NCBI RefSeq assembly: GCF_009914755.1
Contig: NC_060931.1
DNA: 64,000 nucleotides
Direction: 5' to 3' (one strand)
Source of the DNA: the human T2T-CHM13v2.0 reference genome, Homo sapiens
In this document: positions 53,349 to 64,000 of the stretch, piece by piece
How positions within the stretch are numbered: position 1 is the stretch's first letter
Layout of the letters: each line of letters begins with the position of its first letter
Notes under the pieces: model-generated
The model's input: only the letters and a program-made list of their open reading frames with translations
The model's database searches: none
What the model was told of the DNA's origin: nothing
Position numbers and translations under genes: made by a program

Positions 53349-55574
53349 TTAGGTTGGTGCAAATGTATTTGCAGTTTTTGCATTGTTGGAATTTGCCATT
53401 TGGTATTGAAATACATTCTTAAGTAAATGTGGTTATGTTATACATCGTTTTAATGAACATTTTCACTTTATGTTTTTTGCTAATTACTTATTACTTGCTA
53501 CTTATTTGGTATTTATTTTAGACTATACACATGGTGTTAGACAAAAAGCAGATTTGAGTGATTTTCTTATTCAAGTTCAAACTGAGTCATAAAGTGGCAG
53601 AGATAACCCGCAACATCAGCAACGCATCTGGCCCAGGAACTGCTAATGAACATACATACAGTGCAGTGTTGGTTCCAGAAGTTTTTCAAAGGAGACGAGA
53701 GCCCTGAAGATGCAGAGTATAGTGGCAGGTGATCAGAAGTTGACAATCACCAGTTGAGAGCAATCATCAAAACCGATCCTCTTACAACTAGGCGAGAAGT
53801 TGTTAAAGAACTCGAGGTTGACCACTCTACAGTTGTTCAGCATTTGAAACAAATTGGAAAGGTGAAAAACTCGATAAGTGGGTGCCTCATAAAGTGAGCA
53901 AAACTTTTTTTAAATTGTCATTTTAAAGTGTCATCTCTTATTCTATGCAATAACAACGAACCATTTCTTGATCAGATTGTGACATAGAATGAAAAGTGGA
54001 TTTTATATGACAACTGCCAACAATCATCTCAATGGTTGGCCCGAGAAGCTCCAAAGCACTTCCCAAAGCCAAACTTGCACCAAAAAAGTCATAGTTGTGG
54101 GCGGGAAGCCTCCCAGGTGCCGAGGCAAGAGACCGAGGACACGAGCTGCTCCAGTATAATAAAATATAAAATAAGAATAGTTATACCAGATATAGATCTT
54201 AGATATGATTATATATGAATATCATTAATCATTAGTTTGTAGCAATTACTCTTTATTCCAATATTATAATAATCCTCGCTCTATAATCATAACCTAGGAA
54301 AAACCAGGGTATACAGAGTTAGGAGCTGAGGAGACATAGCGAGAAGCAACCAGAAAAGAGTGCGAGCCTTCTGTTATGCCCGGACAGGTCCATCAGAGGG
54401 CTCCTTGGTCTAGCGGTAGTGTTAGCGTCAAGGAAAAACACCCGCTACTTAGCGGACCGGGAAAGGGAGTCTCCCTTTCCCTGGGGGAGTTTAGAGAAGA
54501 CTGTACTCCTCCACCTCTTGTGGAAGGCCTGACATCATTCAGGCCCGCCCGCGGTTATCCGGAGGCCTAACCGTCTCCCTGTGATGCTGTGCTTCAGTGG
54601 TCACGCTCCTAGTCCACCTTCATGCTCCATCTTGTACACCTGGCTCTGCCGTTTACTTAGCAGTAGCAAATTAGTGAAAGTACTAAAAGTCTCTGATAAG
54701 CAGAATAATAGTGTAAGCTGTTTCTCTTTCTCCTCTCTCTCTCTGCCTCGGCTGCCAGGCAGGAAAGGGCCCCCTGTCCAGTGGACACATGACCCATGTG
54801 GCCTTACCTATCATTGGAGAAGGCTCACATGCCCTATCCTGCCCCTTTGTCTTGTATCCAATAAATATCAGCGCAGCCTGGCATTCGGGGCCACTACTGG
54901 TCTCTGTGTCTTGGTGGTAGTGGTTCCCCGGGCCCAGCTGTCTTTTCTTTTATCTCTTTGTCTTGTGTCTTTATTTCTATGCTCTCTCATCTCTGCACAC
55001 GAGGAGAAAACCCACCAACCCTGTGGGTCTGGACCCTACACGTGGTCACTGTCTGGTGGTCTGCTGCCAGTGTGATCCACCACAGCTTTCTGAATCCTGG
55101 CAAAACCATTACATCTGAGAAGTATCTTCAGCAAATTGATGAGATGCACCAAAAACTGCAATGCCTGCACCTGGCATTGGTCAACAGAAAGGGCCCAATT
55201 CTTGTCCACAACAACATCTGACCGCAGGTTGCACAACCAATGCTTCAAAAGTTGAATAAATTGGGCTACAAACTTTTGCCTCATCTGCCATATTCACCTG
55301 ACCTCTCACCAACAAACTACCACTTCTTCAAGCATCTTGTCAACTTTTTGCAGGGAAAATGCTTCCACAGCCAGCAAGATGCAGAAAATGCTTTCCAAGA
55401 ATTCACTGAATTCCAAAGCATAGATTTTTATGCTACAAGAATAAACAAACTTATTTCTCATTGGCAAAAAATGTGTTGATTGTAATGGTTCCTATTTTGA
55501 TTAATAAAGATGTGCTTGAGCCTAGTTATGATTTAAAATTCACCAAAACTACAATTACTTTTGCGCCAACTTAA
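53349..55574 (+). mobile_element. Full-length decayed Hsmar1 mariner, split by an LTR
   Basis: Inverted repeats TTAGGTTGGTGCAAATGTATTTGC / CAATTACTTTTGCGCCAACTTAA, TA flanks; transposase remnant LPHLPYSPDLSPTNYHFF. Confidence 0.93.
54096..55040 (+). mobile_element. LTR13-like ERVK solo LTR
   Basis: TGTGGGCGGGAAGCCTCCCAGGTGCCGAGGCAAGAG...GGACCCTACA, 945 bp; 6-bp TSD CATAGT/CGTGGT; AATAAA at ~54860. Confidence 0.85.
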
Positions 55575-56872
55575 TACCATCGAATCTACATTGCTTTGGC
55601 CAGTAAGGCCATTTTAATGATATTGATTCTTCCTATCCATGTGCATAGAATGTTTTTCTATTTGTTTTTGTCATCTCTGATTTCTTTGAGCAGTGTTTTG
55701 TAATTCCTGTTGTAGAGACCTTTCACTTCTCTGGTTAGCTGTATTCCTAGGTATTTGTTGTGTGTGGCAATTATGAATGGAATCATATTCCTGATTTGGC
55801 TCTTAGCTTGTATGTTTTTAGTGTATTGGAATGCCACTTTTTAATGTTGATTTTGTATTTTAAAACTGCTGAAGTTGTTTATCAGATCAAGCAGCTTTTG
55901 GGCAGAGACTATGGGGTTTTCTAGATATAGAATCATGTCATCTGCAAATAGGGATAGTTTGACTTTCTCTCTTCCTATTTGGATGTCTATTTCTTCCTTC
56001 TGCCTGATTGCCCTGACCAGGACTCCCAGTACTATGTTGAATAGGAGTGGCGAAAGAGGGTATCTTTGTCTTGTGCTGGTTTTCTTTTTATACTGGCTCT
56101 TCACAAGGCTATATATATTCTTTAGTTAAAAGTAGACATCTCGATGGACCAGTGACTATCACCCTATTAATCAGTCATGGGAGCACTGCTGTGCATTTGG
56201 TATTTTAACTTTCGGGTATGCTATCACATCACAGAAGGCCTGGTCCCCTCCCCATCACCTGCAGCCGGACCTGTCTTTGATTCCTACCAATCACCTATAT
56301 TAATTGTGCCTAAATTCAATATTCCGACAGGGCATAACTACCCTAAGGTGCTAATTAATTCATGCTTGAAGGACATAACAGTAATTAACAGACAAACACA
56401 TACAACCGCTCCCCTTATTGGACTTTTAAAATGAAAATCTGCAACACCCCCCTGCCCCATCTCTGACTTCATCAACCCAGGAAAAAAGACACCTTGCCAA
56501 ACTTCAAAAACAAGTAAGCCTTAATTCAACTCTGCCAGAGCCCAAAATATTTGTATTTTAGCTTTGGGTATCCCCAACAGCTACCCCTCAACTAATGCAA
56601 ATTTTTTTAGGAAACTAACCCCTCACCAATCTAATTCTACTTTTACAACAATTATATCTAACACGCACGCCCATCCATTACTAAGCCCATATCCTAAATT
56701 TACACACCCCGAAAGGCATCATCTGTCACCTTGTACTACACCAACCACTCGCGAGTACTAAAATCTACTCCACCAACTCCTGCTAACTCAACTTTAAATC
56801 CCTGAACCCTACAACTGTGCATATTGCCTGTATCTTCTTCTATACTCCAATTTTGCACTTAACATATATACA

Positions 56873-56943
56873 GTTAATGTAGCTTAATTATTTAAAGCAA
56901 GACACTGAAAATGTCTAGATGGGCTTATACAGCCCCATAAACA
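56873..56943 (+). pseudogene. mt-tRNA-Phe copy in the NUMT
   Basis: GTTAATGTAGCTTAA...CTGAAAA (GAA anticodon)...CCCCATAAACA. Confidence 0.9.
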
Positions 56944-57895
56944 GACAGTCTTGGTCCTGGCCTTTCTATTAACTCTTAGTAAGATTACACATGCAAGCAT
57001 CCCCATCCCAGTGAAAGTACATCTAAATCACCTTGATCAAAAGGAGTAAGTATCAGGCACGCACAAATGCAGCTCAAAACACGTTGCTCAGCCAAACTTC
57101 CACGGGAAACAACAGTGATAGACCTTTAGCAATAAACAAAAGTTTAACTAAACTATACTAATATCCAGGGTTGGTTAATTTCATGCCAGCCACCGCAGCC
57201 ATACAATTAACCTGAGCTAATAGAACTCAGCATAAAGAGTGTTTTAGGTCTATCCTTAATAAAGCTAAGCTTCATCTCAGTTGTATAAAACCCGGGCTGA
57301 AATAAAATAAACTATGAAGGAGGCTTTAATACTTCTGAAGACACAATAGCTAAGACCCAAACTGGGATTAGATACCCCACTAGGCTTAGCCCTAAACTCC
57401 AATAGTTAAATCAACAAAACTATTCCCCAGAACACTACAAGCAATAGCTTAAAACTCAAAGGACTTGGCAGTGCTTTATATCCCTCTAGAGGAGCCTGTT
57501 CTATAATGGATAAACCCCAATTTACCTCACCACTTCTTGCTCAGCCTATATACCATCATCTTCAGCAAACCCTAGTAAAAGTCACAAAGTAAGCACAAGT
57601 ATCTACATAAAAACATTAGGTCAAGGTGTAGCCCATGAGGCGGTAAGAAATGGGCTACATTTTCTACACCCAGAAAATCTCACAACCCTTATGAAATCTA
57701 AGGGCTCAAGGAGGATTCAGCAGTATATTAAGAGCAGAGTGCTTAATTGGATGAGGCCATAAAGCACACACACAATGCCCATCACCCTCCTCAAGTATCA
57801 CTTTAGAGATTAGTTTAACTAAAATCCCTACATATTTATATAGAGGAGACAAGTCGTAACATGGTAAGTGTACTGGAAAGTGCACTTGGATGAAC
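56944..57895 (+). pseudogene. mt 12S rRNA copy in the NUMT
   Basis: AAACTGGGATTAGATACCCCACTA; GGAGACAAGTCGTAACATGGTAAG. Confidence 0.95.
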
Positions 57896-57961
57896 CAAGG
57901 TGTAGCTTAACACAAAGCATCTGTCTTACACCCAGATTTCACCATAATTTGACCACCTTGT
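57896..57961 (+). pseudogene. mt-tRNA-Val copy in the NUMT
   Basis: CAAGGTGTAGCTTAACACAAAGCA...CTTACAC (TAC anticodon). Confidence 0.88.
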
Positions 57962-59386
57962 GCCAACTCTAGCCCTAAACTTAACTAATAGTACTACCGA
58001 ATAACCTTAATCAAACCATTTACCCAAACAAAAGTATAGGCGAAAGAAATTTTACCCAGGCGCAGTGGACGTAGTACTGCAAGGTAAAGATGAAAAAGTT
58101 AACCAAGAATAAAATAGCAAGGATAGACCCTTATACCTTCTGCGTAATGAATTAACTAGAAATAACTTTACACAGAGAACCAAAGCCAAGGCCCCCAAAA
58201 CCAGACGAGCTACCCAAGAACAGCTAAAAGAACACACCCATCTATGTAGTAAAATAGTGGGGAGATTCATGAGTAGTGGTGATAAGCCTACTGAGCCTAG
58301 TGATAGCTGGTTGTCCAAGATAGAATCTTAGTTCAACTTTAAATTTACCTACAGAGCCACTTAATCCCCCTGTAAATTTAACTGTTAGTCTAAAGAGGGA
58401 CAGCTCTTTAGACATTAGGAAACAACCTTCATGTAGAGAGTAAAAAACATTATCCCCATAGTTGGCCCGAAAGCAGCCATCAATTAAGAAAGCATTCAAG
58501 CTCAACATCCAACCACTCTAAATTCTAATCACACCACTGAACTCCTAACACCACATTGGACTAATCTATTACTTTATAGATGCAATAATATTAATATAAG
58601 TAACATGAAATATTCTCCACTGCTTAAGCCTACATCAGACCAGAATAACCCACTGACAAATTAACAGCCTAATATTAATAAACAACTCAACAAATTTATT
58701 ATTACCGATACTGTTAATCCAACACAGGCATGCTCTAAGGAAAGGTTAAAAAAAATTAAAAGGAACTCGGCAAATTTTACCCTGCCTGTTTACCAAAAAC
58801 ATCACCTCTAGCATTATTAGTATTAGAGGCACCACCTGCCAGTGACATATGTTCAACGGCCACAGTACCCTGACCATGCAAAGGTAGCATAATCACTTGT
58901 TCCTTAAATAGGGACTTGTATGAATGACCCCACGAGGGTTCAGCTGTCTCTTACTTCCAACCAGTGAAACTGACCTGCCTGTGAAGAGGCGAACATGAAT
59001 AAATAAGATGAGAAGATCCTATGGAGCTTTAATTTATTAATGCAAACAAAGCTCAGATAAGCCCACAGGCCTTAAACTACTGTCCCTGCATTAAATATTT
59101 TGGTTGGGGTGACCTCGGAGCATAATTTAACCTCCGAGCAACCTATGCTAAGACTAAACAAGTTTAAGCGAATTACTATACATATATTGACCCAATAATT
59201 TGATCAACGGAACAAGTTACCCTAGGGATAACAGCGCAATCCTATTCTAGAGTCCATATTGACAATAGGGTTTACGACCTCGATGTTGGATCAGGACATC
59301 CTAATGGTGTAGCTGCTATCAAGGGTTCATTTGTTCAATGATTAAAGTCCTACGTGGTCTGAGTTCAGACCGGAGCAAGCCAGGTC
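57962..59386 (+). pseudogene. mt 16S rRNA copy, 3'-truncated
   Basis: GCCTGTTTACCAAAAACAT; GTTACCCTAGGGATAACAGCGCAATC; CTGAGTTCAGACCGG. Confidence 0.95.
58924..58998 (+). CDS. MTRNR2L6: Humanin-like 24-aa ORF MTPRGFSCLLLPTSETDLPVKRRT (expression not shown by sequence)
   Basis: Translated by hand; intact ATG...TGA at the humanin position of 16S; matches my recollection of humanin-like 6. Confidence 0.85.
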   Translation: MTPRGFSCLLLPTSETDLPVKRRT

Positions 59387-59911
59387 TGGTACATGTGTAT
59401 TTAAGTCCTCCACACCTCCCATCTATAAGTCTTTTTAAAACAAAGAAAATATGTTTGGTTAAGAGAAGGCTGGAAATGAGAGAGGGAGTTTTACTGGACA
59501 AAAAATGTATAGAGACTTATGTAACAATTATTATCTGATATTAATATCTGATGGTAATACATAATTGATTGAGAACTAGGGTGAAGTGACATAATCCCAA
59601 ACATACATGGGAGAACGTTCGGGGAAATCAAAGCTGTTTTTCTTAATGGAATCTGAGTTCTGAGAAAGAAGACATGCAAAGGAGGATGCAAATATATGAA
59701 AATATATGAAATATTTGTTGTTTTAATTGTTAACACAAATTTATATACTCATATATTTGAGTCTAATTAGAATATTTAATAAGTTAAGTTTATGCCTGGA
59801 GTCCTAGTTTTAGTATTACAGGCAAAGAAGCAGAGTTAGAAGGAAGGAGGGGAATGAATTATGCATGCTGTATTTGAGGGCCTTTGGAACTTCCGAATGC
59901 TGGTAGAGTAC

Positions 59912-60215
59912 ACAGTTGGCACTCTGTATCAATGGGGTCCTCATTTGCAGATTTAGTCAACCTCAGATGAAAAATATATTTTAAAAATTACAAAATAACA
60001 ACACAACAAAAAAAATACAAAATCTAAAACACTGAGGTATACCAACTATTTGCATGACATTTACATTGTATTAGCTATTATAAGTAATCTAGAGTTGATT
60101 TAAAGTATACAGGAGGATGTGCCTAGGTTATATGCAAATACTGTGCCATTTTATATAAGAGATTTAAGCATCAGTGGATTTAAACTAATCCCCCATGAAT
60201 ACCGAGGGACCACTG
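59912..60215. mobile_element. MER2 (Tigger) remnant
   Basis: CAGTTGGCACTCTGTATC...GAATACCGAGGGACCACTG termini. Confidence 0.7.
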
Positions 60216-60462
60216 GGTTGAGAACATGGTGCTGAAGCTCATAAAAAGCCCTTGCTGTGGGATTCTGACATAAGACACTGCATAAAAGCTCAACACACAT
60301 GCCCTATAGTCAGTGTCTGTGATTCTCTGGAATCAAACTCTATTCTGTGAAAACAGGAACCGTGATGGTACAGGCTATTCTTGGCAATGGGAAATGAAAC
60401 CTCAGAGGTAATCCTACTTCCATGTGGTGCAGAGCCCTGAGCTAGGAGATGTTTATCACTGT

Positions 60463-60765
60463 TTGGGAAACCAGAACCCTCAGCCTTTCTCCCTTCTGCC
60501 TCGCCTGAAGACAGGTGAGTCCTTTGCCATAATATGAAGTCTTAATTTAGCATTGCCACATTCTGGTTCCAGATCTTTCCCTCCTGGCTGAATATTAAGA
60601 TTGCATTTTGTCTCTTGTCTTTCTTGGTATCTCTTCCCTATGCAAACTTCATGGACACTGGAAGGACTACAAAATCCTGAAAATCAAGAAACCTCCATTG
60701 AGAAAGGGGGTTTTACTAGAACAAAAATGTGTAGAGATATATACAAAAATTATATATAATAATGT
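60463..60765 (+). pseudogene. Decayed TRBV relic (leader, intron, start of V exon)
   Basis: TTGGGAAACCAG...TTCTGCCTCGCCTGAAGACAG|GTGAGTCC; pyrimidine tract then TTCATGGACACTGGA. Confidence 0.6.
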
Positions 60766-62399
60766 CTGTCTCTGTAATTATTCACACTTAGCAATTCCCA
60801 GCACCTTCTCCAGAGGACTTCCCTAACTAAACAAGAAAGGTAGTCTTTGGGGAAAGTGTTTTCATCAATAAAAGACAAGCTATGTGTGAGTTATTCCTGC
60901 ACTGGGCAGCAAGGAGTGGGTAGTTACCTCTGCCTTCGAGTACCCCTTCATTTGACTAGGACCTGAGACTCTCTCATATCTACTTCCAAGCCCAGGTTGA
61001 GCACTTCTTTTCTTTCCTTTCTTTAGTTGCTTCTACTGTGAGGTATAGATTTTACATCCAGTCACTGCTGAAGACTTTCATCAACTCATCACTCATCCTT
61101 CAGTCATCTCACACTGAGAACAACTGGGAGCCTCCCGTTTTCCTGTTTCTTTAACATTTGTCAGAATCTCCCCAAACCTCTAACACCTTTTTTTCAGCAG
61201 GGGGCAGTAAAATTCAATTTATTTTTTCTGTTCTCAGCACTTACTATTAAGACCAGATTTCATAGTAAAGTCTAAGGCCAAATCTCATTAATGATTTTAA
61301 TGGTTACTTTTGTCTTAAAGGAGCCCCTGATAGGACAAGAGTATTTCAGGGTTTGGTAAATCAAAACTGTTATATTCCTTCGTGACACATGACAGAGGAA
61401 GAGTAAGCAGGGGCCCACATGTGTTACATGTAAATACATACAGACTTGAAGACATGGTGTTCAAATAGTAGAGATATAATAGTAAAAACCCAAAGCCTAT
61501 GTCAGCATCATGTGAACAAAAATTTTAGTAAATACCAACTGTAGATCTTAGTGAACTAGGGCAAAGGAAGTGGACAACACTGGGAGAAATTCTGGGATTA
61601 ATCTTTGTATCTCACAATCAAAACCAAAGACTTTTCTGTTAAGAAGAAATGGGGGAAAGGGCGGAGGGAGAATGGCACTTGGTTTAGACATTGTTTACTG
61701 CAGCAGCACCCAAACCATTTGTAGCAGTATTACCAAAGCATGTATTGGATTATATTTTCTGTTCTGTCATGATTGATAGTGCAATTAAAGGCAGATGGAC
61801 TAAAATCATCCTAGGCAAAGGCTAAGTTGATAAAGCTGATAAAGCCTGAACACCAAGTCAGTGAAAAATGAGACTGAGAAAGTTATTATCACACAATAAT
61901 AACACCATTCTGAGGACTCAGTGAATTCCAGTTACTGCTCCAAGCTCTTTACATGTGTCTATATAAATAGATTGCCCCGTTTAATGCTCACAAGTTCTCC
62001 TGCTCCTTGTCTGATCAAGCCACGCTGTTCACTGGTTCCCTCTTCTGCATGTTCTTCTCTCTTGGGTTTGCAGAGTTCATTCCTGTTCATCCTTCAGAAC
62101 CCAACTCAAATGCCACTTCCTTTCCCAACCTTTTTAATTAGGTAAAATCTTGCTATTACAGGCACTCAAAGCTATGTAGTTTTTATGTTCATAGCTTACA
62201 AAACAGTTGCAATGGAATGTTTTGTAAGAATATTAAAGACTTGAGTTAAGATAAGCAAAGCATCAAGCCTACTTTGGATGAGGGAAGTCAACAAAAATAT
62301 TACTCATTTGATGGGTTAAAAGGATATAGATGAAACTGTTTCAACAGGATGTCTGTGGGACCCAGGAAGTTTGCAGGGGCTGTGTCATCACACACACAC

Positions 62400-62409
62400 A
62401 ATGACATTA
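62400..62409 (+). promoter_or_regulatory. Vbeta decamer-like motif of TRBV25-1
   Basis: AATGACATTA about 65 nt before the ATG. Confidence 0.55.
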
Positions 62410-62469
62410 TCAAGAGCCCATCCTGCTTCCCCACTACTGGGAGACATCCTCTCTAGCCCCAACTGTGCC

Positions 62470-62937
62470 ATGACTATCAGGCTCCTCTGCTACATGGGCT
62501 TTTATTTTCTGGGGGCAGGTAAGTCATAGACACAGTTCATTCCAAAATCTAGAAGGAATAATTCCTCTTTGTTGGGTTTGTGCCTGGCTCAGCATCAAAG
62601 TCCATCGTGAACTCTGTTACCAATTTTTGTCTCTTCCCATAGGCCTCATGGAAGCTGACATCTACCAGACCCCAAGATACCTTGTTATAGGGACAGGAAA
62701 GAAGATCACTCTGGAATGTTCTCAAACCATGGGCCATGACAAAATGTACTGGTATCAACAAGATCCAGGAATGGAACTACACCTCATCCACTATTCCTAT
62801 GGAGTTAATTCCACAGAGAAGGGAGATCTTTCCTCTGAGTCAACAGTCTCCAGAATAAGGACGGAGCATTTTCCCCTGACCCTGGAGTCTGCCAGGCCCT
62901 CACATACCTCTCAGTACCTCTGTGCCAGCAGTGAATA
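62470..62937 (+). CDS. TRBV25-1: TCR beta variable 25-1 (exon1 62470-62518, exon2 62643-62937)
   Basis: MTIRLLCYMGFYFLGA-GLMEADIYQTPRYLVIG...CSQTMGHDKMYWYQQ...YLCASSE. Confidence 0.97.
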
Positions 62938-62976
62938 CACAGTGCTACATGGATACCGACACTCCGCACAGAAAGG
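62938..62976 (+). other. 23-RSS of TRBV25-1
   Basis: CACAGTG + 23 nt + ACAGAAAGG. Confidence 0.95.
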
Positions 62977-64000
62977 GTCGCCTCTAATGTGAGGACATCT
63001 TGCCTCCAGAAACCTCATCTTAAACTACAGAAACCCCTACAAATCTTCCCAGACTCCTCAGCCTTGAGGGACCAGTGTGCTTTAAGTAACAGTCTGGACT
63101 AAAGACTATCTCTGGCTCAGTCTCTAAGAAGCTGAGAAATGACCCAGCCCCACAGTCATCCTAGCTGACTTTTTCCTTGCATCTAGTTGTTGTTGTTCAA
63201 TTGAGCTTGCACAAATTTTATCCTTCAAGATAAATGCGATAATATTTGACAGTTACCTTATGGCTAGCTGAAGAAAGTCTTTGTCAGCTAAGAAACAGGA
63301 AAAGGATCCTTTGACTTTCTACACAGGCTGTCTTTATCTCTGGTTCATGGTTTCTTCCTCATGTTAAACTTGTTCCTTCATACACAGCCACACAAAGTCC
63401 CTGCCCTTTCCTGACCCCAGTCCTGCACCTGACGGCTTCAGTTCCTCAATCTATGACTTTGAACTTAGAATAAAATTTTATTTTCACTTGAAATAAGTGA
63501 TTAATGATTATTTTCACTAATATCCCTCTAAATAAATGTAATTTTAGCTATATCTGCATGAGGCCTAAGGAAAAGAAAAGGCTCCAACTTTGGCAAAGAA
63601 TAGTCTTTAACAATGTCCCTGGATTCAGCCCTAAATCTCTTTGGAGACTACCCTTAGCATTGGAAGACTATCCCACGGCTAGGTGATTCTTCTGTCTTGG
63701 ATATGCTGAATCTCAGGGAAGTGTTCTCTATCCACATGAGATCAGACCTGGGACCCTGAATAGATTTATTTTTCACAGAAGTATAGACTGCTGTGGAGCC
63801 CTGGGTGCTGAGCTCAGATGTGAAATCTCTGTTTTGAGGTTACCAAAAAGTAAAGTCACAGAGTCTCTGTCCTGGTTTTGCCTCCTTAAAAAGTAGCTTT
63901 AATATGTTAGAAAAGAATCTAGAAAACATCATACATATTTTATTATAAAAGTCATTTCTTGTTCATTCTTCTTTTCTGTTTGTTTTCTACGATACTAGCC

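Larger units (their letters stand above)
56125..59386 (+). other. NUMT (nuclear mitochondrial insertion): control region to the 3' part of 16S
   Basis: Collinear mitochondrial order: control region with CSB-like blocks, tRNA-Phe, 12S, tRNA-Val, 16S; diverged from human mtDNA. Confidence 0.97.

Noticed and set aside
53530-55480. Active or domesticated mariner transposase
   Set aside because: Multiple stops and frameshifts, plus an LTR insertion
56873-59386. Functional rRNA/tRNA genes or mtDNA contamination
   Set aside because: Diverged from human mtDNA, 16S truncated, embedded between nuclear repeats

Overview
Human chromosome 7 T-cell receptor beta (TRB) variable region, identified by recognising the V proteins. 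All genes are on the + strand. In order: TRBV18, TRBV19, TRBV20-1, TRBV21-1 (leader frameshift), TRBV22-1 (pseudogene), TRBV23-1 (splice donor GT>AT), TRBV24-1 and TRBV25-1. Each has a leader exon, intron, V exon and 23-type recombination signal (RSS). Between them are Alu, L1, LTR and DNA-transposon copies, including an AluYb8 and a nested L1 > Hsmar1 > LTR13 stack. A ~3.3 kb old mitochondrial insertion (control region, tRNA-Phe, 12S, tRNA-Val, most of 16S) carries an intact humanin-like ORF (MTRNR2L6). I do not see a wholly new biological system. The most interesting signals read by eye are: (1) up to six decayed V-gene relics between the named genes, one still with a correctly spaced 23-RSS; (2) four same-orientation CTCF-like motifs; (3) a palindrome beside the TRBV19 RSS; (4) an L1 3' transduction; (5) a microsatellite whose length could put the broken TRBV23-1 back in frame; (6) different fates of the mitochondrial micropeptide ORFs inside the insertion. 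Repeat family names are from memory of consensus ends and need RepeatMasker confirmation.
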